Source: Octopus sinensis (taxonomy: Eukaryota). From it: a stretch of 64,000 bases of DNA. The stretch's first letter is position 1. Every line of letters starts with the position of its first letter. Below, one piece after another: positions 38,260 to 53,432 of the stretch. Both the position numbers and the translations under genes were made by a program. Under the pieces are notes generated by a model. It made no database searches and had not been told where the DNA came from. It saw only the letters and a program-made list of their open reading frames with translations. The stretch spans positions 6,634,001 through 6,698,000 of the forward strand of contig NC_042997.1 of the NCBI RefSeq assembly GCF_006345805.1. The letters run 5' to 3'.

Positions 38260-39121
38260 CATTCTATAAATGCAAATATAAATATAACTGTATAAAACTG
38301 AATATAAATATACATTTAGACACGCACACTCCCGTGCGCACGTATATATACATATTACATTCCGAAATATTTGTAAACGGCAATATATTTTTACATGATG
38401 TGTAACAGAATCCTGAACATTTGTCTTCCGTAATGATAATTGGGGTAGTTCGCTTTATATTTTATCAAGAAATTATCGTATCTTACATGAATCTGCGGCG
38501 GTCTTTTTCGACATTCGTAATAATGGGAAATCCAAGTTTACCTTCATTAATTAATAATTTCATTTGCCACAACATTACGGAAAATAAATACTGTTTTCAA
38601 TGGAGTGTACAATGATTTATGGGCTCATATATTTGACGGTATAAGAAATTATGTATAAATACTGTGCTTGATTATGACAATGGACACATGGAACATTTGA
38701 TTTCATGTAGCGTAGTTTTGCAGCGTATATCCCATCTCTCTCAAACCAAATCTGCCGTCCTATCAGTAATTCCTTAACGCTGATTTTGTGTGTCTGTGTG
38801 TGGGGGGAATTATTACAAATATTTCACTTTTCACTCGTGTGTTCTTATTCTCAATTTACCATGCACATTGGCTAGCGTTCAATTCCTGCAATCACCCCTC
38901 CTATTGTATATCTGTTACCTTTTCTCTCAAGTATCCAGATATTCCAGTATAGAAGACAAAGCAACATATGTATTTATAGTTTAAACCAGTCACTTTTTTC
39001 AATATTCACTAAGATCCCATATTCTGTCTCATGCACGACCAAAACCTTTACGGTTTTCTCTTGAGCTTATTTATTGCCAGTTAAAAACAACTTATAACTA
39101 CCAACTAAGAACATTTAGGGA

Positions 39122-39155
39122 TGTCACGTCATACACCTTAGTGTATGACGTGACA
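39122..39155. repeat. Perfect 15-bp-stem hairpin
   Basis: TGTCACGTCATACAC-CTTA-GTGTATGACGTGACA. Confidence 0.9.
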
Positions 39156-41826
39156 AACAACGGGATACAATCCATTTCTTGTTCGCATCAAATAATATTT
39201 TTTTACATTATTCGTATTATAACATAAAAGCATTAAGTCTCCTAGATTGTATCTGTATTCTCTATAAGGTCTGATGGTGGGTTAACATCATGCTATTCAT
39301 TAAACTCTTCTTTGTGTTTACTTGCATTATCATAACTATCTTTGCTATTTTGTTATATCAGATAAAAAATTGTGAAGGTTACTATGAGACTCAGTAGCGT
39401 ATTTAAGTGGCGCATGTCAGGAACAAATGTCACGTTTTTATGTTAATCTCAAATGAATATTAAAAAAGAAAGAATGTGTGTCCCTCCGTTTGATAAGCTG
39501 GGTGACTAGACTTTGTTACGAATGGTTATTTTCACATAAAATAGATAAGAATCACTTTCTATTACTTATGTCTGACTACGTTGCAATTGTCATTCCAGAA
39601 ACAATTATTTTCAAGCATTATACGAAACTAAACTAAATGTCCATGTTTATCATGAATGGAATTTATATTTTCCCCACATAAACTGAAATAAATATTCAAA
39701 GTAATTCAATCTGTTAGGAATATATTACACCAAGTGGAATTTTAGAATCGGTAATAGTGAAGTAATTGGTCTTCATGTAAGAATTCAACTTAAAATTACA
39801 GTTCTGACCTGTCCTATTTGGTTTTTCTTCTGTCTTTTATTAGTCTGCCTCACTGTATAATAGAATTATCTTAAAACATATCGAATCATGATATAAGACA
39901 AATTGAGGTGACACGTACACACATGCTAACTTACCCACATGCACACACTCATACACACACACACACACACATAAACACACAAACACACCACACATATATG
40001 TGTAACAAGGTGTGTGGTGGTTTTGAATTTCGTAACCTTTCTCATGACTCGTTGATAACAGGAATTTATACCAATTTCAGAAGACTTCCATTCGGTTAAT
40101 TGGCATTTATGGAGATGTAATGATTAGGGAATATTGGATATTCCAGAATCTATTTTAGGATTTAAGCTGCTAATTTGATGGGGGCATTACAAAGGGGCCC
40201 TCAATATTTTCCAATAACGATCATTGATATTTGCTCTAAAAATAGTGATAAGTTCTTGGGAAATTATGAGATACCAATGCTAATATATACGTTATGATAT
40301 TATAATGCAAATTACCAATTCAAAATATATTTTTGGATGCAAAATAGCACATGTTCACGAATAAAATTCACTAAGTTGATGCAATATTTCCATGTGTTTA
40401 TTTCAATCTAGAGTAATTTGGTGTAAATTGTACGAGAAAATATTTTGCTAATATATAGTATAGGCGCATCTCCCACATAAAAACTGCCTAATAAAGCTAT
40501 ACATGCAATCATTCTTATATACTCAAAATAATATATAAATAACATGTAAAAAGCGTAGTAATACGTAGCCGTAATACTTATTATCTCTCTTCATTTAATC
40601 GCGTCACTAAACAGATAATCGAACAAAAAACAATATGGTTAAGTATTTAAGATTTCTTTCCTAGTACAAAATGTTACATTGTAATTAGCATATTTCATAT
40701 TTCTCAAAATGGTTTTTGCAAGCGGTGGTCCCGCAATGCTGTTGATTTACAATTCCCTGATATAAATATTGCATTATCTATATTCATTATTATGATGTAT
40801 GTTACCATTCCGAACAGCTAATTTCCCGATATGTAAATTTTGTGTATTATACATATTTAAATACCAGAACATCGATTAGTCTACCAATGCACTTGAAGAA
40901 CAATTCTATAAATATTTATAAATTATGTAAACTATTCCGACTCAGCTAATCAAGGTTGATGGATACTTCCTTTGGTTTGCAATATAATGTTAGATTCGAC
41001 TGAGAACAGAATAGCATTTCTGTACATTGATTGTTGTGATATGATGAACCTGATATGCAAGTTCGCTTTAATTTTTGATTCAATCATTCCAGTACATTTA
41101 ATGATTGAATATTGAATCATATCACGTTGGTAAATAAGAGTCTGGGAATGTTGAGCAAAGATTATATCAAATAATGAACGTTATACTATATTCATCACAA
41201 GACATGGCTCTAGTGATACTATATTTGTCAAGAGACAATCAGAGGTACACGTAACAAAATATATATTTGCTTCCCTGCCTAAATATATGAATCATTATTC
41301 TAGCACAAAAGCGCGAATAACAGTTCTATTACATTACATTTTAATAAGCCACATGTCATATCATATACAGCATGTTAATAGTATCTAGATGCGGACAAAA
41401 TAAAAATATAAAAATAATGATCGGGGTTGCATTTTTCAAGATATGCTAGGTATAGCCTACTATCATATAATTTTCCTGCATATAGAACGATCTTAAACTG
41501 CATGATATATTCAAGGCTCTGCGAATCACGGTATTGCAGTGTTTGGATTTTAAAATGAGAACATTTTCAAATATAACACTCAAGAGGAAAACCCAATGCT
41601 TTAATAATACATAGTTATAATGGAATTTGAAGATTATTAATTGCTTAATCGTAAGAGATATAAAATCGTCAAAATATCTGATTAAATATTGTTTAGATAT
41701 GTAAGTAGCTAACCATTTGTTATTGATTCCTCTTTCCTTTAAGTCTGTAATCATGTATACAATATATATGTGTCACTGAATGTATGTGTGTGTATGTTTC
41801 TGTCTTTCGGTCTCTCTCTCACTCTA

Positions 41827-41873
<47 letters not shown>

Positions 41874-44403
41874 GTGTATGTGTATACATACACACAGACA
41901 CACACACATATGCGTGTATGCATGTATGTATGTAAACACACACGCATAGATTCAAGTTTGATTTTCTGTATATTGGAGGTATTTCGAAGAGCGAATCATT
42001 CCTTTGGATTTCTTAATAAATATATTACATATCGTAATTATTACATATCTTCTGAAAAGATATGGAAATAAATGGTTGAGATTTCGCAGCCGATGTTAAG
42101 TGTAGATCTTGGCTAAGTGTTTTGCGTTGGAATGTATTAACTGGAGTAATTCCCCAGTTAAATCCGCGGTTCATTATTGTTCGAGGTGTACGGATATATT
42201 GAATTCAGTAAAACATCTAATTTAGGATACAATGTGCTTTCATATATCTTTCAAAAATATATGTATTTTTGGTTATTAGAAATATATATACATATATATG
42301 CTTATCATCACCAGTCGCGGTCACAGAATAACATGTTCGACAAAGATACATTTCATGAGTGTATATATGTGTGCGTGTGCATGTGCGTGTGTATATGTTT
42401 GTGTGTGTTTTTGTGTGTGTATCTTCGCAAGTATGTGGAACAAGTTTCTTGAAGAGGAAAGAACATAAATAGAGAGGAAGTAAAAGTAAATGCTTTTTTT
42501 TCTCGTTTTTTAGAGCTATATATTTTCATCCTGAATATTGGGTCACAGAAAATGCATGTTAGTTCTGTTGCTATATGTATTTCTGTGGCTATACTTTGTC
42601 AATTATTTCTCAAGGCAATCTCAAGAACGAATAATTTTTTTATTTAATATTCTTATATTTAATAACCAGTATTTGTTTTTAAACACATAATATGCAGAAA
42701 GAATAATTAAATGATTAAACAGAAATTGTGCCGTTGGTATAGTGTCTACGAGTTTCAGTGTGATTAATAAAATAAGAAAATTATACAGTTAACAAGTATA
42801 ATGAATCATTCAAACTGTGCATTTTCTTAACATATTCACAGAGACGTTACAAAAAAACATTACATAATAAAAATCTCCCTCCAGTCAAGTACCGTATATT
42901 CTTTCGTTTGTATTTCTTTTAATTTGTGAACATGTTATTTTATGTCAATTGGTGTAAATCAATACACAAGAGAACGTCCATCACGTGTATCGAAGTTTGT
43001 TTTGATGCGTTTTGTTAATTTTCGTTATTAATAATGTCATATAAAACAAAAGCATAGAGAAATTATCTTTTATTTTCCTTATTTATTTCTGAATAGAATG
43101 TACTTTGATAATGTTAATTCCATAAATTTTATATTCCCATTTTGCATTATTTCTTTACGTGTCAATATTAAACGAATGAACCTTAACAAATTGGCTTCGT
43201 GCATTTATCTTTCATTAATAATTTGTTACTACTTATTATAACGCTCACTTTTGTATCTAACATTGTTAGTGTATCATCAGCACCGTCATCATCATCATCG
43301 TCATCATCAGCAGCAACAGCGGTAGTAGCAGTAGTGGCAGCAGCAGCAGCATATCACCGAATTTTCATTTAAGAAAGAACATTCTCCTGAAAATTGCATA
43401 ACATTTTCCATACAATATAATGTCAATAGTCAAAGTTACTCTGAATGCCACATCAACACATCACAGTAAGTGATGTAGCGAGGTTGAAAGAATATCCAGA
43501 TGGAGATATTTAGAATCTATCCTTTCAAATTTGATAAATTGACTGTGATTATTAAAAATGGGATTAAACACTAATTTAGCAATCATTGTCAGGCATTTGA
43601 GAAGAAACGTTGCTTTGCACATGATTGCTTAAAGCAAGATTATGTACGTTCACTGCTGCCACCGAAGAAAAGCGTGGCGATTTACTCATACATTATAGTC
43701 CCCCCAACCCACCCCCCAAAAAATTTGGAAGCATTAAGAGCAATAGCATACAAGGTCAATAACCAGTCAGATATATGTATATAGCTATTCGGTAGAGATT
43801 GGCAAAGTTATTCAATCATCATTTAGCAGATGTAATATCTGTTGAGTGTGTACTGAGATAAAGAAAGACGTCATTCTAGCCATGAGCAAAATAACTGAAA
43901 ATCAATGCAAGTAAGATAATCACAGGCAAATGCGTTCACAGCTACGATTACTATTACTAAAAATTATTCTCACAGAAAATACTATCTCAGACACTGTGGC
44001 GGACGCCTTGAAATGTCAGCCAGTGGTGGATATACTTGAAAGTATGTCGCCTGTTAGCTATCTGGGTAAAAACGTTGATCGAGATTCCACTGACAAGGTA
44101 CCTTGTTATAACGGAAGTCTAGAAGATGTTCTCAACTATGTTAAACGTAACGCGCTGCAGTAAAGAAGGACCAGTATCACATACTATGAAAGATTACAAT
44201 ATTTTTGCCTTGAACAAGAACAACGGGACAGACGCTTTTACAACACTTACAGAGGAATATGTCAGCCGAACATTGTTGGGAAGGACTACATAAACTCGCT
44301 GAATTTGTATTATCCGAATATTAGTGCATGATTGACTGAATTCTCTCCTTTCGATTTTCACGAGAAAAATTTCATACTGAAATAACTACTCTATATCTCT
44401 TTA

Positions 44404-45499
44404 ATTTACCTCACGAACTCATAAATCCGTATGATCAGCGATAACCTGATTTACCTCACGAACTCATAAATCCTTATGATCAGTGATGTCCTGATTACAA
44501 TCCTGATGAACACTTGGTGTCCTATGAGAGTATATGTATTCTTCATTCATTTCAAACAGATATGAATGGATCATTCAATTTGATGGCTACTCCTAGGAAT
44601 CTTTCGTAATTCACATCGAAGTTAAACATTGTTGTGTTCTCACTCTTATCTCGTTTAGCATTCCTTTTTGTTTGTCCGCCCTTTTGTCATCGACGGTTCA
44701 GTTTGTCTCGATTGCTGGTGAAAGTCAAGATACGCAAAATATCCATCAGACACATGATGTTTGTAGATATAATGAAGATACACAAAATATTTTTGAGGTC
44801 TGAAGGAAATAAATGTGCTAAGTGAAGCTGTTAAGCACTTTCCACGCAACACCATCAACAATTGTTAGCTAGAAGCAATACGTTAGTACCATCGTCATGG
44901 ACAAACTCACATTTGAATCTGAGTTATTGCAAGTGCCCCTTGACCTACCTACGTTGACGAAAAGAGTTTCGGTGAACGGTATGCTAAAGGTTGATAAAAA
45001 TATGTAAAGGTTGATATAGAATATGTAAAATATGTTCATACAAATTATATCTTCTCAGCACCATGCATTTTGATAATGGGATATAGAGAACTTAATTCAG
45101 AAAAGAGCGATAACTTACGACAATATTTCAATGCTGCTTCAGATAGACTCCAAACATAACATTCAAATTTTTTCTGGAAAATGTCCTCCAGCAAATTCTA
45201 AATAATTTAACTAGACTCAGATATATCTCAGCACACAAGGACTCCCTTCTCAAGTAGACTGTGATGATGTACGTCATGAGTTAAGCGACTACTCTATTTT
45301 CCTGTTCTTACGTCAGATACGTGTTAGATCAGAAATGTTAAAATATACATATATGCATAAATATACATTTGAGAATGTGCATCAAAACTCCATCAACCAT
45401 TTTCAAAATCCTTTTGATCAGTGATGGCCTGATTACAATCCTTAATAACACTTGGTGTCCTATGAGATTATCAGTATTCTACATTCATTCCAAACAGAT
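44404..45499. repeat. 45-bp tandem duplication plus 94-bp direct repeats flanking ~845 bp
   Basis: ATTTACCTCACGAACTCATAAATCC... at 44404 and 44449; 44468-44561 repeated at 45406-45499. Confidence 0.8.
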
Positions 45500-46371
45500 G
45501 AGAAAATGCGAGTCAGAGCTTAAAACAATTTTTCTAATCTTTATATCTATTAAATTTATCGCAAAATATAGGAGCTTCTCGACCTTCGAATAAATAAGAT
45601 CACCCAGTGTAAAACTTTCTTTGTGTTACATTCAACTATCTTAAAAACAGTAACAACGAATATTTGAAATATTTTCGAAATTGTCAAAATCTCTGAAGGG
45701 TTTTACACATTGTCCCAGTGACTGAAATTCTTGGGTAAACTCAATGTTTTCAATTGAGTCAATGAAACTAGATGAGCTAGCAAAACAACATACATCTGGA
45801 AAAGACTACATAGGATATGTAATATACAAATATATAAATATGAAGGCATTAAGATTGTTAACAATAACGTAGGAACATATTTCTTTCAGTTCAACAGATA
45901 TTTCTTACGTACCATATCTCCACGAAACCGAAAACTATTACCATCAGCTCACTTTGTGTGATAAGAACGTATAGATTTTTTACGAACGGCATATACCAAA
46001 GACTGTATAATTATGTCTAATATCACTCGCTAATCAGCTTCACTGAAAAAAAATGTAACATCATGACAATATGTTTCAATCTAGCTGTCAGCGAGAAATT
46101 ACTAAAGCTAGTATTACTTTGAGTATAGGCTTGTGCAATCAAATTTGATCGCTTATTAAGCACCAGTAGTAAAATAACTGAACGCGAACGATACGAGTAT
46201 GACACAAAATCCGTATAGAAGATAGAAAACATTGTTATTTTTCTTTTCTTATTGACAGATGAATTGAATATTCTAACATTCTGCCATGAAACCCACCGAC
46301 AAACAATTTTTAACAAGAATTTAATATATTATTTTATAGTCACCTTTTCATTTCAATATGTACCATCAGAA

Positions 46372-46570
46372 GGCAGTGACATCGTAGAACTATTACCGCG
46401 TCGGACAAAATGATTATATCTTCCGATACTACGTTCTGAGTTTAAATGGTGCCGGTGAGTGGCATTTACCTTTCATCGTTCAAGTACCAGTTGACCATTG
46501 GATCCGAACTAATCGACTTACACTCTACCCCGAAATTATTAGCCTTCTGCCAAAGTTGGAAATCAGTATA
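46372..46570 (+). mobile_element. Degenerate SINE family D
   Basis: ACGTTCTGAGTTTAAAT...CCTTTCATC...AAGTACCAGTTGA...AATCGACT...CCGAAATT aligns to 37920-38135. Confidence 0.55.
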
Positions 46571-49500
46571 TAACATTCTAAACAATTCATATACCAAAAG
46601 TTAAATACAACCTCAAAACAGAAACTGAAGTAATAACATTTTAAGCTTCAGCTATTAATATATGTTACCACAAATATTAACATTTAAAATATCTAGATGC
46701 TTATGAAAAGTACCAATCTAAGCATTTTTAGTATTTTCTAGTCAGTCAGTAACATATATTCAAAATAATTGAAAATTATCACACATAATACAAGATGAGT
46801 ATTGGTCTTTTGAAGTTACATGAGTAATAATTCCGTATTTTAAATTTTGGACTCATTGACTGCTATCTAGTAAATACCATTCCATGGCGTAATAAACATT
46901 CAGCAGAATGCTTTATTTGAGGCATTTTATTAATCTGATAATTATATGTGAGTCATAAGGCCTTGGTATACACAATGATGCATGTGCACATAAATCCTAT
47001 AAATGACAGATATTATTTATTTTACTGTCAAGAAGGCCAGTGTTCTATAGAATTTAGCAAATATAACGTACATTCTGTTGGAAATATGGAATCTATCATC
47101 GAACGCTACTCTTTGATACGGATAAGATATTATGAAAGCTAGTCCATTGAAGCAAACATGATCCATTATATTTAATATTGGATTCAATAGGCAAACTGTT
47201 TCAATCATCCTGTAGAATACGTACTAGTCTAACAGATTAACAAGGGAATTGTCATAGAATTTCAAACCGAGTACGTGTTCAGAATTCTATATCTCTTCTT
47301 AAATATTAAACCGGATATTTGAGTAACCACAATTGGACATAATGCCTCTTGTGTTACTATAAGAATAGTTATCGGCTACTTTCTAGATAACATATAGATA
47401 CATTCTGAAATAGATGATGCTACGAATATATTTTTATAGAGTATATTGTAGTCGATATCTTACTTAAATGGGATTACGAGGATGATGTTGATGAAGATTA
47501 TTATCAAGATAATAAACGGTATTAAGATAGTGACGTCATCTTAAATAGCTTTAGATAATGCATCAAGACTAATAAGATTAAAAGCGACGATATACGTTAT
47601 AATAATCTTGATTATATTCCTTTAGCATTGTTTTTGCTGCAACAGTAACATTTGATTTGACGTAGATTATAATGTTTAGTCATTAATAATGATACCATTC
47701 ATAATCTGAAAGCGATTACTAATATGAAATATAATTGGTAAAATTATATGTTTTAATTCCAAATCAAAATAAAAGGCTTAGTGTCCCGAATGACAATATC
47801 CTTTGCGTTATATTTGATATAAATCTTAATTATGTTAAAGTGAAGCTAATCTGACTTCACAATGTTATTTTTATATCAACATATATATGGGCATTATTCA
47901 GTCCTAGACTTTCAGCGCTTTCTTTACTGTAAAAAGAAAACTTAGTATTTGGTTTGAAAGTGATGATGAATAAATACGCTTATATTATAGTCTGTAATCT
48001 GTTATACGCACTTGTATATGATGCATTGGATAATTTCTGTATACACATTTTAAACTGCAAATGATTAGTAAACGTAGACACACAAAGAGAAAAACTTACA
48101 CACACACACACAGATGCACACACATATATAAATATACTCACATTTACATATATTTACCGTACACTGGTCTTTTCTACATCAGTTAGAGCTATTTATGATC
48201 TTAAGTGCCTATGGCAGCCGAATTTTAACTCTCAGAAGAGGAATTTATGGTTATAATTAATGGTGACATACGGAAGGCTTAAAAGCTTGGTACAGGCTGT
48301 ACATTGAATGAGTGATATTACTTTTATAGACACATCATTTGGGAACAATAGAGTTAATCATAGGATGACTAGAAGTGAGTACACAGAGAAGTAGCTAAAT
48401 CCAGCAAGCCATTTATACTAATCGACGCCATCGTCTAACAATTTGATGTTGAAAAGACTTTGGTATAGCACTCTGTTTTAAAACCAATCAAATGATCATA
48501 TATATTTCGAAATTTAGTGCTCTAGATACATAGTCAATCATGCATACGTACACATCTTATGATTAAAGAAAATAAATGAGCTATATAACTATTGGAAAAG
48601 AGAGATTTTAGTTTGATAAAACTAATTAGTAAATTAGATATACAGACTAAAGTGTAGGGTCACAGAATCTTTGAGACGTCTACAGAATGACTTAATAAAT
48701 AAAAATCTATTGTTCCGGTGTTTGTATGGTATTAATATCTATCATTTCCAATAGTCTAATTGATTTATTTAAAATACGAATTGCTTTTAGCATAGACTTA
48801 CTTGGAGTTTACTTAAGTTAGCTTTCTTAACTGGTTTTTACTCTTCATTTAACAATTTAATTACCTTTAGCTTTCAGTTAGAACCCTCAGATGACGTACG
48901 TTCATTCTTTATTTGTATGTTCTGTCCTGAATATACATACAAGCGCACAAGTTTAAACACAAGTGGATCCGACATCATATACATATATACGCATAAATCA
49001 GTTGTGTCCGGGTGTTGAAATACACACAACCATACACACACATACTCATAAACTACAAACACACGTGTCTATATAATTATAAATACACACACACACATAT
49101 GTTGTGTATGTGAGAGCGTGTGTGCATGTGTGAGTGTGTGTGAATTATATGAGTGTGCGTGAGTATGTTAGCGTAGATTTATATATATGCGATGTGTATA
49201 TTACACGTATTCTAATGGCTGTCACGTTCATTGAAATATCGGAGATTTAAATAAATCAATCTATTATTTCATTCCGACGCAAAGTTTACGAATGAAATTT
49301 TCGACGATGAACCCCCATCAACAGTTTATCTTGCACTAGCTGCGTTTCAGACATCTACTTGTTCTATAACAACAGACGTCCTATCAATATTGCGTGAGGG
49401 AATCGAGAGAGGCAGCCATACACGTAGAAAGAAATAACCAAGCGTAGTTACCTGGAGGGATTTACATAAACACACACACTCTCTAGTGACACTCATATGT

Positions 49501-51596
49501 ACAGACGCACATAATTACCTGAACCATACTGTTACGATCTTGAGAAGTTAACAGAAATCAATAAATATTTATCTCCATTCTAAACAAGGCAATCCTTTCA
49601 AATAGCTGTCCACGTTAAAAGTGAAATGTTTGGTTAATCTATGAATTGCGTAAAGAGAAGCATGTAATAAACATCTAAAACGTTATTATCACTGCCATTT
49701 TTGTTATCCCTATATACTTTGTGGTCTCATGATTTTATTTTTATTCTGTTCGATTTTATATAGTTGCTCGGTTCTTTAATCTTTTGGTAAGATTTGAAAC
49801 TAACGACAGAAAGAAACACTATCGGGTTGTAAGCTTAGTCTAATATAAGTACAATAAGAAACAATTCTATTACTGTATTAATTTCTAACCAAAGCACAAG
49901 GTCTTAAACTATAGAAACTTACAAATCCGGTTAGATGGAACGAAATAATAAACTGATTTTTATATTATAGAACAAGAAACGTAGAAACGTTAACTCACTG
50001 TCAGTGAAGTCCGCACTGAAAAGCTTATAGTAGTTAACTAAAAAGAGCAATTTACCATTTCCGTCATTCAACCGATTCTAGCAATTCCATGTTGTTGTTG
50101 TTGTCATTGTTATGATGATGATGAGGAGGAGGAGGATAACGATATCGCTTTTTAGGATATGAATAATGATATGCCTTATGTATGTTGAAAGTCATTAACC
50201 TTACGATATTTGTAAAAATGTTGTCATGTATACAGCTTGTAAAACTTGGTTTTTCAATAATGAAGATATTAAAAGGTAATAAATTATGGAGCGGGATTTT
50301 CCTCTCAAAAGGCGTTTTTCTATAATGTTGCTGTCATACACAAGTAGCTCTATTTTATTATCTCTTGTGATATTACTTAGTCATCAATAATCAACTATAC
50401 TAGATACGGTGAAGAATAACCACCCATTCAAATTTAATAATTTCTTTTCCAATACACCCATGTTTAGGTGATAACATTACGGACATCAGTAAATAATGAA
50501 ATTCTTAACGTCTAGCATCTTATACATAGATAAGGACTTGTAATATAGAAAGTAGCCATCAGATTCAATAATCTACGTATATGTGCTTATTAACATTAAA
50601 TCCAGAGAACCAACTTTTATGCAAACACTTCTACACATGTAAATGACAGAGAAAAATATCATGTGAATTCTTCGGAAAACTACAAATATAATCAAAGCAA
50701 ATCTGTAGTGATTAATGTGGCTTTAGAATAAGAATGTCATGCATTCATTTCCAGATATTTTGTACTAATTTGCGACCGGATAGATTTGGCCAATCAACAG
50801 ACAGCGTGGTATTAGCATCTTGTTACTATGATAACCACACGCTGTGTTGTGGCTCACTGTTGTCTGTCCCGCTGTTGCCTACGTTGATTTTACACAATTC
50901 TTGACAGCATGATATTATTTTCAACCGCGTGTTTTGTTTTATTTTTTCTGTGTTAGTATATAACATATTTTTCTGTGCTTCTGTGTGTTGGTAGTTTCTG
51001 TGCTTTCTTTTCCTCTGTGTTAGTATTTTTACATATTTTTTTTATTTCATATATTTTTGAAACTCATGATTTCCGATTTCACTAGGTTAATTTTATTCAT
51101 AAAAAAAATTAAATTAGGAGTATTTCTTAAACCGTTCACTTCACATTTCAACAGATTAACTGAAATTTAGCCCACGTAACAGGGACTGAGAGGGATATTG
51201 AGGAACCGAGAATCTGTGGGTGATACAAATAATATTACATTGTTTTTGAATTCTGCATGCAAAAACGAGTAAGATAGAGGTATTCTTTTCCTTGAGGCAA
51301 ATTCTTTGTTGACCAGTGTATTCATATCGTAGTTTACAAATCCAGATATTTTATACTAATTTACGACCGGATAATTTTATCCAAAATCTATAAAGCCCAT
51401 TGTATAATGGTGAACATTAATTTAATAATTATAATACTAGAAAAAATAAATCAAATATTTTAAATATTTAAATAGCATTTGATTACAATTTATCACAATT
51501 CATAACTACTACTTTATAATAAACTAGTGTTCTTTTTTGTTCGTTTTTTTTTTGGGGGGGGGGTTAACAATTGAAATCAATCAGACATGTGATTTG

Positions 51597-51972
51597 TTAT
51601 TACCCCCGCGTTAGGGATGGCAGAGGTATTGCTTTCCCTCGTATTTGCTTGTTTGTCCGTGGACGAGATATCTCAAGAACCGTTGGATGGTTTCGGAGGA
51701 TATATTCAGGGATTTTTGACATGGTAACAGGCACGAATTGGTTAGATTTTTGGATCGATCTGGTACCTGACAAGGATTCTGTATTATTTTTTCATCTTTT
51801 CTGTTTTTTACTTAATTTTTGTGAGCTGTCGGGTTCGTTTTTGGTATTCTCGTTTGTGAGAACAGTCGAGTCTATTTCAGAAACTTTTACTTTAAAAATA
51901 ATCTCTGGCTAATCGTTGAAAAGACGTTGGTGTTGCCTTGGCGGAGGATTGCGCTGTCTGAGTGCTCTTCTT
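51597..51972 (+). mobile_element. Helentron-associated non-autonomous element (HINE), copy 2
   Basis: 5' TTATTACCCCCGC..GGCAGAGGTA (subTIR plus short IR), GTTTGTCCGT micro-repeat, 3' CCTTGGCGGAGG subTIR, hairpin GCGCT-GTCTG-AGTGC, T-rich end. Confidence 0.75.
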
Positions 51973-53108
51973 TAGTGATATATATCTATTATATCCCTAA
52001 AACATCAGTGTGGTATTTTCTGATAGAAACTGTTGATGTTTGATATAATAGTTTTATACCAACTAAGAAATGAAGTTTACTGTAGGTCAATTAAGGAGAT
52101 ATTTTAATAATGTCAGTTAATCGGGATATTTCGTGGAATAAAACGAATATTTTTAAGAATACGGAAGTGGAACGGATAGCATACGCATCCATACGAATTT
52201 TAGCGCTTTCCTTTTGTTATATGCATTATGTTGCTTCGGAAAGATTGCTGGGGCCGCGATATGAATCTTCGTTTATTGGACACTTAATGTAAGAAAGCCA
52301 GAAGGAGAGAAAGAGAGAAATAGAGAGAGAGACAGACAGACAGACATATGGTCAGACACACAGACAGAGACTTGCACAGTTAAACGTATTAAATCATAGT
52401 AACTGAATGAAACTGTAAGAGGTAGAATTACAGAAAGCGTTTCAGTAAAAATCTCGCTTTAGGGTGCAGAGAACCAGAACTGGAAAAATATCCTAAAAGC
52501 ATTCTATGGTTTTCCGTCGACGCTTCCTGTTCATTTTCATCTTAAGAATGTATTATGTAAGCCTAAAGATGAGCATCGTTTATATTTCCTTTTCAGCTAT
52601 TATCTATGCATATAACTATCTTTCTGAGTGTTGGAGTGTGAACACTACTTGTTCACATTCGCACACAAGATTGTAAAGGATCATTCGCAAATGCATACAC
52701 ACTCATAGCTTATTGTCATTTTTATATAAGCAATCAATCTATTTCTGACATTTTTTTGGTACATATTATCTCATAACATATTGTGGCACATATTCATATT
52801 TTCACGTGACAATAATGCCTGGACATCACACCCAATTGTTGTTCTATATTAACTGAATGTTAACCGGCACATTTTTTTAAATGAGAAAGACTTACATTTT
52901 AGCAGAACATTTATTCAAAAGAACACACAGCCAAATGAACATACATCACGTGACAATACTTCACATCCTGACCATATTCAACCAATCTTAGTGTGCTTAA
53001 GTAATCGCAGTTTAAATCCATGAATATCAGAAAATTATAGGATGCTTGTCAGTATGTATGTGTGTATGTATGTGCGTATATATGTATGCATGTCTCTCTC
53101 TCTCTCTC

Positions 53109-53169
<61 letters not shown>

Positions 53170-53294
53170 AACGTATAAACCCATACCATATTCTGTCTCC
53201 CTCCCTCTCTCTCTCTTTATATATATATATATACACCCAAATAAACTTATGTATCATATTTTATACATTATTATACGTATGTTTTCATTTTACA

Positions 53295-53432
<138 letters not shown>

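Noticed and set aside
43400-44330. Non-repetitive block with a 77-aa ORF, possibly a transposase fossil or exon
   Set aside because: No motif I could identify with confidence; stops in all frames.
44404-44493. Repeat-spacer-like pattern considered as CRISPR
   Set aside because: Two adjacent 45-bp units without unique spacers; eukaryotic context, no cas genes.
52800-52965. Short repeat TCACGTGACAATA occurring twice (E-box/CLEAR-like)
   Set aside because: Only 13 bp, two copies, no promoter context; cannot be separated from chance or a small duplication.
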